Source: Escherichia coli (GTDB lineage Bacteria; Pseudomonadota; Gammaproteobacteria; Enterobacterales; Enterobacteriaceae). From it: a DNA stretch of 64,000 nucleotides. The notes below the pieces were generated by a model. That model saw only the letters and a program-made list of their open reading frames with translations. It was not told the origin of the DNA and did not search any database. Below, piece after piece: positions 38,845 through 49,478 of this stretch. How positions within the stretch are numbered: the first letter of the stretch is position 1; each line of letters opens with the position of its first letter. The stretch lies in the NCBI RefSeq assembly GCF_013315695.1, contig NZ_CP054353.1; one strand, given 5' to 3'. The position numbers and the translations under genes are program-made.

Positions 38845-39606
38845 TCACCACATCACTTTTTGTCGCTGTTTGGCGAGATAATTCAACGGTGTCAGGCCGT
38901 AAAACGCCTTAAAAACAGAGATAAAGTACGACGTGCTGCTATAGCCACATAATTGCGCTACCTGAGTGATATTTTTGTTATCCATCAATAACATCTGTAC
39001 GGCGTAACGCATACGACACTCTGTGACAATCTGGCTATAGCTGGTATTTTCGTTTTTTAATTTCTTTTTGAGCAGGCTGGGGCTTAAACATAGCGAACTG
39101 GCGACAATTCGCAGATTCCAGTAATGCTGAATATCGCTTTGAATAATGCGGCAGACGCTGTCGCGGACGCTGCTGCGTAAGATATACATCAGTAGGGCAA
39201 TAAACCGCGATTGCTCAAGAAAGTTAGACAATACGGTAAAAAGCAATGCGCGCGTCAACTCCGCTTCGCAGGGTTTGCTGGGTTGCTGCTTGCTGTGGTT
39301 GGCGGCTAGCCGGAACACTTCCGGTGTACGGCTATGACAAGCGATAACCGGGGTTGCCAGCCGCGACCAGGGCTTTATACAGGTTAAGTTCTTATTTAAA
39401 AACAACAGATAATCGTTGATGATGTTACGGTTGATGTGGGTGATTAATACGTGATTTAACGTTGAGAGTTCAATGACGTTATTGTTGCACGCGAAGGCGG
39501 CCAGGTAGTTTTTCGGAAGGGTAAACGTAGCATGGTTATTGACGCTTACCTCTACCTCTTTTTCGGTCAGGATCACCACGCAAGGTTCACTGCTGCTCAA
39601 TTGCAT
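38845..39606 (-). CDS. envY: AraC-family porin thermoregulator EnvY
   Basis: 253 aa. C-terminal AraC HTH (ITQVAQLCGYSSTSYFISVFKAFYGLTP). Confidence 0.9.
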   Translation of the reverse strand: MQLSSSEPCVVILTEKEVEVSVNNHATFTLPKNYLAAFACNNNVIELSTLNHVLITHINRNIINDYLLFLNKNLTCIKPWSRLATPVIACHSRTPEVFRLAANHSKQQPSKPCEAELTRALLFTVLSNFLEQSRFIALLMYILRSSVRDSVCRIIQSDIQHYWNLRIVASSLCLSPSLLKKKLKNENTSYSQIVTECRMRYAVQMLLMDNKNITQVAQLCGYSSTSYFISVFKAFYGLTPLNYLAKQRQKVMW

Positions 39607-39788
39607 TTCGCACTCCTCAGATATCAGAAACTCCGCTCAAAGGATCTATGCTTCCTGCATGAGTGATCGGCCCGTTCGCCGATAACGATCTTCTTTCTTT
39701 AGCACGCTTTTTAGCAATTAATCTTGATGGAATTCTGACGAGAGCGAAAGAGGTAAGCCAGGTCGTACCCGACTTACCTGGAGGAGAT

Positions 39789-40679
39789 TTAATACTCGAG
39801 AATGCCGTGCGCGACGGGCAAATAGCGCAGAGAGAAATAGAGCGTGTCTTTACCGCAAGAGGAACGTTTCGCTAACAGCGAGGCAATTTCTGCGTCCGGT
39901 TTCGGTTTCGCTGTAAAGGTTTTGCCTTTGCCGGCGACAAACAGTTCATAAACAATGCCGCTTGCTGGGGCGGAGCTTTGGCAATCGGCGCTGGCCTGTA
40001 GATAACGTTCACGCTGTTCAGCGGTCAGTTTATCCACGCCGCTGCCATCCTGTACCCAGACATTAACGCCGGTTGCTTTAACGTGTTCCAGCAGTTGGCG
40101 ATAGCCATCGGGCGACATGTTTCCGGCGAAAAAACTACTGATATAAACCGGTTTTGCTGAAACATCGCTAATCAACCGCTGCGCGTTGTTTAACCATGTT
40201 AGCAAAGGCTGACGGGCGGCTTCGCTGCGCCAGTTCAGGTCGTCAATTTCCGCGCTGATGTACCAGCCATCCGGCGTTACGCCAGGTACGGCGCTCCATA
40301 ATCTGGCTTGCTGGAGATCGGCAGCCAGCAGGCGGTTAAGATAGCTTTCCAGCGCTGCAGACGACTGTTTCTGGTGCATAAAAAATTCCGGATCGGCATT
40401 CAGCCCGACAATCAGCTTCAGGCCAGCCTGTTGCGCAGCTGCGGCACGCTTAAACAATAACGCGCGCTGTTCTGGCTGGGTGAATGCATCGCCGTAACGA
40501 GTCCATTGCAAAACCAGGGTATCGAAGCCTTGCAAACGTAACTGACTCATCAGCCCCTGCCACTGGGTATCGGTAACCTGACTATCACGGTTTTGTGGTT
40601 GCCAGATAATACCTTTCATCGCAAAGGAAAAAGGGCTGACCAAAAGCAGTGTCAGCAATACGAAAATGAACTTACGCAT
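39789..40679 (-). CDS. ybcH: periplasmic protein YbcH (third gene of the nfrB-nfrA-ybcH operon)
   Basis: 296 aa. Signal peptide MRKFIFVLLTLLLVSPFSFA. Its ATG (40677-40679) abuts the nfrA stop (40680-40682). Confidence 0.85.
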   Translation of the reverse strand: MRKFIFVLLTLLLVSPFSFAMKGIIWQPQNRDSQVTDTQWQGLMSQLRLQGFDTLVLQWTRYGDAFTQPEQRALLFKRAAAAQQAGLKLIVGLNADPEFFMHQKQSSAALESYLNRLLAADLQQARLWSAVPGVTPDGWYISAEIDDLNWRSEAARQPLLTWLNNAQRLISDVSAKPVYISSFFAGNMSPDGYRQLLEHVKATGVNVWVQDGSGVDKLTAEQRERYLQASADCQSSAPASGIVYELFVAGKGKTFTAKPKPDAEIASLLAKRSSCGKDTLYFSLRYLPVAHGILEY

Positions 40680-43652
40680 TTACCAGTGCACTCCAATGGT
40701 GAGAAACGCGTTGTTGCGCTCTCCGTTACGTTGATTAATCGCCTTAAAGGTATGTTGATACTCGACGCCGAGACTGACTTTGTGCGGCCAGGCGTCGTAG
40801 TGCGTCTCGCCGGTCCAGATATTCCAGCGGACCCCGACTCCGCCAAGCTGCGCGCCCTGAGTGCCTTTATCACGATAGCCGTTGTCCTGAACGTGAGCGT
40901 AAGGCTCAATAGTCTGTCCGTTAGCCACCTTCTGATGCCAGCTGACGCGATAATCTGCCGTCCACGCCTGAATATCCTGGCGGACATATTGCGCCGCATC
41001 GAGGTACAGGTTTTGGGCAAACCAGCCTGAACCGTTCGGGTGCCATTCGTCGCTGTATTTGCCGCCATTAAAGAATGAGGCGCTGGCGCGCAGCATGGTA
41101 TCGGATGCGCCATTTTGGCCGTTCAGCGGCAACTGCTGTTCGACGGCGAGGAAAAAGATCTGATCGCGCAGCGGCTTCCAGCGCAGACCGGTGCCGGACA
41201 TCGGATTTTTCACCGGCATCATCACCCCGTTTTCACCGGTATCGGCAAATACACGGCTGTAAACCGAGAGCAGGTCGCCTTCCAGCAGCATATTGCGTCC
41301 GATGCGGTACTCGGCTTCCAGTTGCCCGTAGCTACGATAGCTTTTCCCTGGCGCTGCGCCGCCGACATTATTGTTAGCGGTACTCATTGCGCCGGAACGC
41401 AAGCCGATAGAAGAATCGAAACTGAACGTCCAGCGGCGACCGACCTCCTCATGCAGACGGCGGAAATTGAAGCGTTGCTGATTTTGCTCTGGGGTCAGTG
41501 GGGTTATCAGCGCCTGATTATCAATGTCATCAATCACCAGCCGGGCGTAGTGCTGCGTCGCAGGCATGTCATCCAGACGCTGGTTCACGTAGGCCAGTTG
41601 TCGGATAAGTGCCGGATCGTCCGGTAGCCCTTTATGCGCCTGTTCGAGCATTTTCCGCGACTGTGCGATATCACCGCTATCCCACAAGGCGTAACCGAGC
41701 GCTGCCTGGGTGTTGCTATTATTCGGTTCCAGTTCCAGCGCGGCGCGCAAATCACTCACCGCCGCCGGGACATTATGACGTTGGCGATAAATTGTCGCCC
41801 GCGCAACGTAAGCGTTGGCAGAAGGCGCAATATTGATTGAGCGCGTGAGATCGTTCAGTGCGAGTTCCGGCTGACCAGGAATGTAACGTTGCGCATGCAG
41901 CCACCTGTAGAGGGCATTGTTTCCCAGCCCACGTTGTTCTGCCTGCTGAAGCCAGCGATCGCGAGCCGCACCATTTCCTGCCGCCTGGGCGGTATTGGCA
42001 GCAGCAAGCAGATCCTCATTGCTCATGTCGTGAAGACTGATTTTCTGCCAGGCCGCCAGTGCGGTGGCGTAGTCCTCAACCTGATACGCCTGATAGGCTA
42101 CCGCACGATGTTGCCAGGCGTTCGGTTGTCGTTGTTCGGCCTGAAGCCATGCATACAACGCCACACCGGGTAGCGTGTCCCGATAACACTTTGCCAGACG
42201 GTTCCAGGCGGCGGCATCGTAGGAAGGCGACATATCGCCCAGCAAGCGAACTATTGCCGGGCAATTATCTGCAATACCCGGCAACTGACTTTGCCACTGA
42301 CGTTGCTCCGCCAGCGGTAAGGGTTTCGATAAAATCGCCACCTTCGCCGGCGTTGCCAGGTAAGGATGACTTTCCAGCAGAGACGCCAGTTGCGCCATTA
42401 ACGTCTGGCTGACACGCGCATCGCCCTGGAAAGGATAGCGTTGCAGCAATAAATCGGCAGCTTCGCGTGACTGCTCGTTCTGCATCAGTTGCCAGGTCAG
42501 TTGATCCAGGCGGGTAAGATTTGCCGGTTCTTGCTGATACAGCAATCGTGCCAGACGCAGAGCTTCAGCCTTGTTATGGGTCGCTACGCTAACGGTATAA
42601 CGCTCCTCAAGCATTTCATTGGCGGGGAGGGTGGCGAGCAGTTTTTGCGCTGCGTCGTACTGACCTTCTTTTAACAGCACCGGTAGCGTCGCGCCAACAA
42701 CATACTGGCGGTTATCGGCAAACTGTACCGTATAATTCGCCAACGCCTGAACGGGGTTGACGCTGTATTTAGATAACAGATAGAGCCAACTTTTCTCTTG
42801 TGCGTCCGTGGTAAACAGCGGCTTATTTTCAATGAGATAACGCTGGAGGCGTGCTTTTTCGCCACGATAAGCCAGCGCGGTCGCGTAAGTAATATATGAC
42901 TGCGGATCGGTGAAGATCCCCTGTGATTGCAGCGCCAGGATCCGATCGTCCAGCTGCCCGGCAAGAAGCACATCAAACCACTGGCGGCGTTCTGCCGCGC
43001 TTAATGTGTTCTGCTGGCGTGCTTCATTGTATAGCGTATCTGCCTGGGACCATTGTTTCAGGTAGATTGCGCGTTGCAGCAGATCGGTTCGCAGCGTTTT
43101 TCCTTCCGGCGATGCAGCAAACGTCGCATCGTTTAGTTGCGCTCTGGCGACAGGTAATTGTGCCAGCCGCAGGGCATTCTGCCCGACTTCACTGCGACAA
43201 CGCAGGGTCGGCGCAGCATCGCACGCTTTTTGCTGGGCAAGCAGTTCTTCAACAGTCGTAACGCTTTTCACTTCAACTGGAATAGCCGCCAGACTGCGCT
43301 CAAGCCGGTCATCTCCTGGGTGACGTTTCAGTTGATCCTCAAGCAACAGCCGCGCCCGGTCATCATGACCAAAATGGCGATAGGCTTCCGCAAGGTATAA
43401 AGTTAGTGGAATATTATCCGGCACCTGTTGGTGTATATATTCAAATTCGCGGATGGCGGTTGCTTCGTCGTTATTTTTCTGTGCCTTCAGCGCCTTGTCG
43501 AGACGGGGATAAATAACGAAATGGCGATAATCGCTCAGCCCCAGCTCTTCTGCGCTGGTGCCGATATTGTCTGCGAGTGCGCTGGTACTCAATAAAGACG
43601 TCAGCAGTAAACCAGACCATCCGATGACGCGATTAAGGTTATTCTCCTTCAT
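40680..43652 (-). CDS. nfrA: outer-membrane TPR + beta-barrel protein NfrA (PgaA/BcsC-like exopolysaccharide porin; phage N4 receptor component)
   Basis: Track ORF 40680-43673. Start set at MKENNLNRVIGWSGLLLTSLLSTSALA (990 aa, the K-12 length). Long TPR-like N-terminal region and a C-terminal barrel ending AFLTIGVHW. Confidence 0.9.
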   Translation of the reverse strand: MKENNLNRVIGWSGLLLTSLLSTSALADNIGTSAEELGLSDYRHFVIYPRLDKALKAQKNNDEATAIREFEYIHQQVPDNIPLTLYLAEAYRHFGHDDRARLLLEDQLKRHPGDDRLERSLAAIPVEVKSVTTVEELLAQQKACDAAPTLRCRSEVGQNALRLAQLPVARAQLNDATFAASPEGKTLRTDLLQRAIYLKQWSQADTLYNEARQQNTLSAAERRQWFDVLLAGQLDDRILALQSQGIFTDPQSYITYATALAYRGEKARLQRYLIENKPLFTTDAQEKSWLYLLSKYSVNPVQALANYTVQFADNRQYVVGATLPVLLKEGQYDAAQKLLATLPANEMLEERYTVSVATHNKAEALRLARLLYQQEPANLTRLDQLTWQLMQNEQSREAADLLLQRYPFQGDARVSQTLMAQLASLLESHPYLATPAKVAILSKPLPLAEQRQWQSQLPGIADNCPAIVRLLGDMSPSYDAAAWNRLAKCYRDTLPGVALYAWLQAEQRQPNAWQHRAVAYQAYQVEDYATALAAWQKISLHDMSNEDLLAAANTAQAAGNGAARDRWLQQAEQRGLGNNALYRWLHAQRYIPGQPELALNDLTRSINIAPSANAYVARATIYRQRHNVPAAVSDLRAALELEPNNSNTQAALGYALWDSGDIAQSRKMLEQAHKGLPDDPALIRQLAYVNQRLDDMPATQHYARLVIDDIDNQALITPLTPEQNQQRFNFRRLHEEVGRRWTFSFDSSIGLRSGAMSTANNNVGGAAPGKSYRSYGQLEAEYRIGRNMLLEGDLLSVYSRVFADTGENGVMMPVKNPMSGTGLRWKPLRDQIFFLAVEQQLPLNGQNGASDTMLRASASFFNGGKYSDEWHPNGSGWFAQNLYLDAAQYVRQDIQAWTADYRVSWHQKVANGQTIEPYAHVQDNGYRDKGTQGAQLGGVGVRWNIWTGETHYDAWPHKVSLGVEYQHTFKAINQRNGERNNAFLTIGVHW

Positions 43653-45651
43653 TTTCGGACTCCAGTTGCGCAACCTGTTCTGTGTTTAAACCTGCTTTGA
43701 GTAATAGTGATTGCATCGAAACTTGTAATTCGCGTTGAATTGTCAGGACGCGATCCAACGTTTCCTGGCTGATAACGCCTTCGGTGACCAAAAACTTGCC
43801 GAGCGGCAGAGAACTGCGTTCATGGCGCAATAACAACACGTTAATTGCTGAACGATTAATATGACCGAGCGTGGTCAGTATTTCGGCGAACAGGAACTGA
43901 TGCGGCACATATTGCCGCCAGATTTCACCGGCCTGCTGTTCCGTGAGCCACTGATGCTGAACTGCATTGTACAACATTGCCCGCGGATCGTGACCGCGTC
44001 GGCGTGCATACCAGTGGCGTAATCCGGTGACAATTTGTCCCCGCAGAACAATGACGTAACGCACTTTGCGTCCGACTTTACGCGTCAGGGCCGCCAGCGA
44101 AACCGGGTCAATACCATCTTCACTGCCGACAATTAACTCATCATTGTCCAGACGCAGCGGCAGTACCGCATAATGCAGCGCCACGGAGGCCGGCATTTCG
44201 GCAATCAGCGAGGAAGGGATCTGCCAGGCATCGATGGATTCCCACGCCACTCGACGCGGATCGCCGTGTTGAAGTACCTGTTTTAACGCGCGCCAGTTGG
44301 CCATGAAGTTAATCAGGTTACCCCAGAAAAGACGCAGGACAGATAGCAGCCCCTGCGTCAGACCGTAGTAGCCAGTGACAAAAATCACCCGCTGCACGAT
44401 GCGGTTAACCATCAAACCAAAGTTTAGCCACAGCAGGGTCATTAACCATGCGCTGCCGCTGAAAATAGAAAGGAAATGCCAGGCATCGGGCCACAAACTT
44501 TCATACGCCAGTAACAGCAAAAGCTGGATCATCACCAGCATCGCGAGGAAGCTGACAAAGTTACTGATTGCCCCTTTGCGGTCGCGCCAGAGAAAGTAGT
44601 TCAGCGTCAGGCTGGAGGTCCATTTGTGGGTTTTAAAGCCCTGGAAAACAATGCCGATGATCCAGCGAGATTTTTGTCGAACCGCAGTCGAAAAGGTATC
44701 GGGGAAATATTCGCGCACGCAGATCATGTTTGACGTCCGTGCGTGCTGTAAAAATTTACGCTGCTCGCGTTCTTTGGCTTCGTCCACCACCGGAAAACGG
44801 ACAAAAATTTCCGTCATACCTTTTTCTTTCAGGCGGAAGCCAATATCGTAATCTTCAGTCAGACTCTGCACGTCGAAAGCAATACCGTCACCGTCAGCTA
44901 ACAGAGCGGTCACGGCGCGGCGGCTGAAACAGGTGCCGACGCCTGCGCTGGGCACTTGTCCGGCGAGGGCTTCACGCACCGGAACATCCTTGCCATGCAG
45001 TTCTGAAAACTCATCAATGTAAGTCATGCTGGTGAAGTGCGTCCATTCGCGTTCGAACGGATACACTGGGATCTGAATCAGATCTTTACGCTCGACCAGA
45101 TAGTTGAACAGACGCAATTCCATCGGTGAAATCACATCTTCGGCGTCATGCAGAATAAAACCAGCAAAAGCGAAATTGGCGCTACGTTCAAATTGGGTGA
45201 TGGCGTCCAGCACGTTGTTCAGACAGTCGGCTTTGCTGGTGGGGCCAGGACGCGCGCAGACTACCTTATGCACGTTCGGGAAGCGAGCGCACACTTCGTC
45301 AACATCACGCTGAGTATCGGGGTCGTTGGGGTAGGTGCCAACAAAGATATGATAGTTTTCGTAGTCGAGCGTGGTCGCCGCCAGCTCGGCCATATTGCCG
45401 ATGACGCCCGTTTCATTCCACGCCGGAACCATAATCGCTAACGGTTTTTCATCTGGTTTATACAGTTCGCGGTAACTCATTCGCGGGTAGCGGCGATAAA
45501 CACTCAACTTGCGTTTAATGCGGCGTACCCAGTAGACGACATCAATAAAAAAATCGTCCAGCCCGCTGATGAACATGATGACCGCTAACGTTATCGCGAT
45601 TACTTTTAAGCCGTAGAGCCAGGTAGCAAAAACATCAAGAAGCCAGTCCAC
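43639..45651 (-). CDS. nfrB: inner-membrane family-2 glycosyltransferase NfrB with a C-terminal MshEN-like domain; 670 aa here
   Basis: N-terminal TM. GT2 motifs LHDAEDV, LTEDYD and RQKSRW, plus further TM segments. C-terminal LPLGKFLVTEGVISQETLDRVLTIQ motif. The stop overlaps the nfrA start by 14 nt. Confidence 0.9.
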   Translation of the reverse strand: MDWLLDVFATWLYGLKVIAITLAVIMFISGLDDFFIDVVYWVRRIKRKLSVYRRYPRMSYRELYKPDEKPLAIMVPAWNETGVIGNMAELAATTLDYENYHIFVGTYPNDPDTQRDVDEVCARFPNVHKVVCARPGPTSKADCLNNVLDAITQFERSANFAFAGFILHDAEDVISPMELRLFNYLVERKDLIQIPVYPFEREWTHFTSMTYIDEFSELHGKDVPVREALAGQVPSAGVGTCFSRRAVTALLADGDGIAFDVQSLTEDYDIGFRLKEKGMTEIFVRFPVVDEAKEREQRKFLQHARTSNMICVREYFPDTFSTAVRQKSRWIIGIVFQGFKTHKWTSSLTLNYFLWRDRKGAISNFVSFLAMLVMIQLLLLLAYESLWPDAWHFLSIFSGSAWLMTLLWLNFGLMVNRIVQRVIFVTGYYGLTQGLLSVLRLFWGNLINFMANWRALKQVLQHGDPRRVAWESIDAWQIPSSLIAEMPASVALHYAVLPLRLDNDELIVGSEDGIDPVSLAALTRKVGRKVRYVIVLRGQIVTGLRHWYARRRGHDPRAMLYNAVQHQWLTEQQAGEIWRQYVPHQFLFAEILTTLGHINRSAINVLLLRHERSSLPLGKFLVTEGVISQETLDRVLTIQRELQVSMQSLLLKAGLNTEQVAQLESENEGE

Positions 45652-45800
45652 ACAAAAACCTTACATTAACGCTGGTTATGTTTAGGGTGGCGTATATTAA
45701 AGTTTTTTATGAATTGTGACAGCTTTTTATCATTAATAGGTATGACTATTGCGGCACGTTATTTTTACACTGGTTATAAAAGTTGCCGTTTGCTGAAGGA

Positions 45801-47243
45801 TTAAGCGGGTAATGTGATAACAAACCTTGTCCCCCGCGCATCCGACGTTACCGCAACCGTGCCTTTATGTGCGACAACAATCGATTTCACTATCGCCAGG
45901 CCAATGCCGCTACCTTCGCCTTTTCGCTGGCGGGAAGGATCAACGCGGTAGAAACGGTCAAACAATCGCGGTAAGTGTTCGGGCGCAATGGGCGTACCGG
46001 GGTTTTCGACGGAAACTTGCACCTGGTGATCGACCGTCTGGCAGCGCACAACAATTGCCTCTCCGGGTGGCGTATAACGCAGGGCGTTCGAAAGCAGGTT
46101 GCTTAACGCCCGACGCAACATCAGCGGATCGCCCGCAACCTGACACTCGTCACCAACAAACCGCAACTCCACGCCGCGATCTTCCGCTAACGCCTCGAAA
46201 AAATCGAACACTTTGCCGACTTCATCCGCCAGGTTGAGCATTTTCTTTTCGGGGATTAACTGGTTGTTATCGGCCTGGGCGAGAAACAACATATCGCTGA
46301 CCATTTTCGCCATTCGCGTCAGCTCTTCGAGATTAGAGTAGAGCACATCTTCCAGCTCCTTCTGGCTGCGCGACTGGCTGAGGGCGATTTCCGTTTGCGT
46401 TATGAGATTCGTAATTGGTGTACGAATTTCGTGGGCGATATCCGCTGAGAAATTGGACTGGCGGGTAAAGACATCCTCAATACGCTCGATCATATGGTTG
46501 AACGACAGCACCAGTTGTTCGAGTTCAATGGGCACGGTCTGTGGATCGAGGCGAACGTCGAGATCTTTCGAGGTGATATTCTGGATTTGACGGCTGACGC
46601 TGCGGATCGGCGCGTGACCTTTATGTACCGCCAACAGCACGATAAAGACGATCAGGATGCTGATTACCGATGCGGTCATTACAAGTTTATTCATCAAATC
46701 ATTTATGTAATGAAGATGAAAATCGATCGAAAGCGCAATGTAGAGCGTATAAATCGGTTTGCCGTCCACCAGTGGGCCAACCGGCAAGCTAATCATCCGC
46801 CAGTTGCTGTGTTCCATATGTCCGTGACCGTGGCCTGGCATCATCATTGTCGGGCCGGAAAGGAGATACACCTCGCCGCCCCGAGCGTCTTTATCGGGTA
46901 TGGCATCACGTGCAAACTCGCGGATATCGGGCGCGTCGGGGGAGTGATACACCGTTTTACCCAGGCTATCTGCCAGGGAGATCAACACATTGGAATAACC
47001 ACTGACAATATCTTCCAGCGTCATTAAGCGTCGGGCTTGCGTTTCGTCAGGGTGATTAAGTACCCGTTCAAGGGTGGCGCTAATCTCTTTTAAATCATTA
47101 ATATCCTGCTCGGCAAAATGCACTTTTACCGAGTGGATCATGATCCAGGCAAAGGCGAAAAACGCCGCGATGGTGGCCAGGCTAATAAAAAAGGTCAGGC
47201 GGGTTGCCAGCGAAAACGGGCGCTGAAACGGCTTACTGACCAT
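45801..47243 (-). CDS. cusS: copper/silver sensor histidine kinase CusS
   Basis: Track ORF 45801-47255. Start at [16 protein letters not shown] (480 aa). H-box [11 protein letters not shown]. Periplasmic His/Met-rich loop [13 protein letters not shown]. Confidence 0.9.
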
Positions 47244-47916
47244 CCGGCACCTCAAGCATGTAACCCACGCCGCGCACGGTCTGAATCAGCTTCGGCTCAA
47301 AGTCGTTGTCGATTTTGCCGCGCAGCCGCTTCACCGCCACATCAATGGCGTTGGTATCGCTGTCGAAATTCATGTCCCACACCTGCGAGGCGATAAGCGA
47401 GCGGGGCAGCACTTCACCCTGATGGCGGAGGAAAAACTCCAGCAAAGTAAATTCTTTACTGGTCAACGTGATGCGCGTGCCGCTACGGGTGACTTTGCGG
47501 CTGACGAGATCGACCATCAAATCGGCAACCTGAAACTGACTTTCGATAATTACCGCCGCCCCGCGCCGCAGTAGAGTGCGCACCCGCGCCAGCAGTTCAG
47601 CAAAAGCGAACGGCTTCACCAGATAGTCATCCGCCCCCAACTCCAGCCCCTTGACGCGATGTTCAATGGTGCCAAGCGCGGTAAGCAACAGAATTGGCAT
47701 CCCTTTATTGGCGGAACGCAACATGCGCACGATATCCCAGCCGTTCACGTCCGGCAGCATAATATCGAGGATTATCAGATCATAATCACCGGTCATCGCC
47801 AGATGGTAGCCATTCAGCCCGTTGTCGGCCAAATCGACCACAAAACCGGCTTCGGTTAACCCTTTGGTCAAGTATTCTCCGGTTTTCTTTTCATCTTCGA
47901 CAATCAACAGTTTCAT
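47233..47916 (-). CDS. cusR: OmpR-family response regulator CusR
   Basis: 227 aa [16 protein letters not shown]... Receiver plus winged-helix domains. Overlaps the cusS start. Confidence 0.95.
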
Positions 47917-47981
47917 ATTTCCTCCGCATGTTGCCCGGGCAATTCTAGAGTAGCGGGATCAGATGGCAATCGCTTATTGGC

Positions 47982-48003
47982 AAAATGACAATTTTGTCAT
48001 TTT
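47982..48003. promoter_or_regulatory. CusR box (perfect palindrome) in the cusR-cusC divergent promoter region
   Basis: AAAATGACAA-TT-TTGTCATTTT between the divergent cusR and cusC genes. Confidence 0.75.
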
Positions 48004-48072
48004 CCTGTCACCGGAAAATCAGAGCCTGGCGAGTAAAGTTGGCGGCATAAAATCACCAGAAATTATGAGCCT

Positions 48073-49455
48073 ATGTCTCCTTGTAAACTTCTGCCATTTT
48101 GTGTGGCCCTTGCGCTAACCGGTTGTTCACTGGCACCGGATTATCAGCGTCCGGCAATGCCCGTGCCGCAGCAGTTCTCACTCAGCCAGAACGGCCTGGT
48201 TAACGCAGCAGATAACTACCAGAACGCGGGCTGGCGCACCTTTTTTGTTGATAATCAGGTGAAGACGCTGATTAGCGAGGCGTTGGTGAATAACCGGGAT
48301 TTGCGCATGGCGGCGCTGAAAGTGCAGGAAGCGCGGGCGCAATATCGTCTGACCGATGCCGACCGCTACCCACAGCTCAATGGCGAGGGCAGCGGCAGCT
48401 GGAGCGGCAATCTTAAAGGCGATTCAGCCACGACGCGGGAGTTCTCGACTGGCCTTAACGCCAGCTTTGATCTCGATTTTTTCGGGCGCTTAAAGAACAT
48501 GAGCGAAGCCGAGCGCCAAAATTATTTAGCTACTGAGGAAGCTCAGCGCGCGGTGCATATTCTGCTGGTTTCTAATGTCGCGCAAAGCTATTTCAATCAG
48601 CAACTGGCGTATGCGCAATTGCAAATAGCCGAAGAAACGTTGCGTAATTATCAGCAGTCATATGCGTTTGTCGAAAAACAACTGTTGACCGGTAGCAGTA
48701 ATGTTCTGGCGCTGGAACAGGCTCGCGGGGTGATAGAAAGTACCCGCAGCGACATCGCTAAACGTCAGGGGGAACTGGCGCAGGCAAATAATGCATTGCA
48801 ACTGTTATTGGGAAGCTACGGCAAGCTGCCGCAAGCGCAGACAGTAAACAGCGACAGCCTGCGAAGCGTTAAATTACCGGCGGGCTTGTCGTCGCAAATC
48901 TTATTGCAGCGCCCGGATATTATGGAAGCTGAACACGGGTTAATGGCGGCTAATGCCAATATTGGCGCTGCACGCGCGGCATTTTTCCCGTCTATCAGCC
49001 TGACCAGCGGAATATCGACCGCCAGTAGCGATCTGTCGTCATTATTTAACGCCAGCAGCGGGATGTGGAATTTTATACCCAAAATTGAGATCCCCATTTT
49101 TAATGTCGGACGCAACCATGCCAATCTGGATATCGCCGAAATTCGCCAGCAGCAGTCGGTGGTGAATTATGAACAGAAAATCCAGAATGCCTTTAAAGAA
49201 GTGGCAGATGCGCTGGCATTACGTCAAAGCCTGAACGATCAAATCAGCGCCCAGCAGCGTTATCTGGCATCGCTGAAAATTACTTTGCAACGGGCGCGGG
49301 CATTATATCAGCACGGCGCAGTAAGTTATCTGGAAGTGCTGGATGCCGAGCGTTCTTTATTTGCAACCCGACAAACTTTACTCGACCTGAATTATGCCCG
49401 TCAGGTTAACGAAATTTCTTTATATGCCGCCTTAGGCGGCGGTTGGCACCAGTAA
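48073..49455 (+). CDS. cusC: outer-membrane efflux lipoprotein CusC
   Basis: 460-aa ORF. Lipobox LALTGC. TolC/OprM-family repeats. Confidence 0.9.
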   Translation: MSPCKLLPFCVALALTGCSLAPDYQRPAMPVPQQFSLSQNGLVNAADNYQNAGWRTFFVDNQVKTLISEALVNNRDLRMAALKVQEARAQYRLTDADRYPQLNGEGSGSWSGNLKGDSATTREFSTGLNASFDLDFFGRLKNMSEAERQNYLATEEAQRAVHILLVSNVAQSYFNQQLAYAQLQIAEETLRNYQQSYAFVEKQLLTGSSNVLALEQARGVIESTRSDIAKRQGELAQANNALQLLLGSYGKLPQAQTVNSDSLRSVKLPAGLSSQILLQRPDIMEAEHGLMAANANIGAARAAFFPSISLTSGISTASSDLSSLFNASSGMWNFIPKIEIPIFNVGRNHANLDIAEIRQQQSVVNYEQKIQNAFKEVADALALRQSLNDQISAQQRYLASLKITLQRARALYQHGAVSYLEVLDAERSLFATRQTLLDLNYARQVNEISLYAALGGGWHQ

Positions 49456-49478
49456 CTTTTAACTCCAGGAGAGAATAT

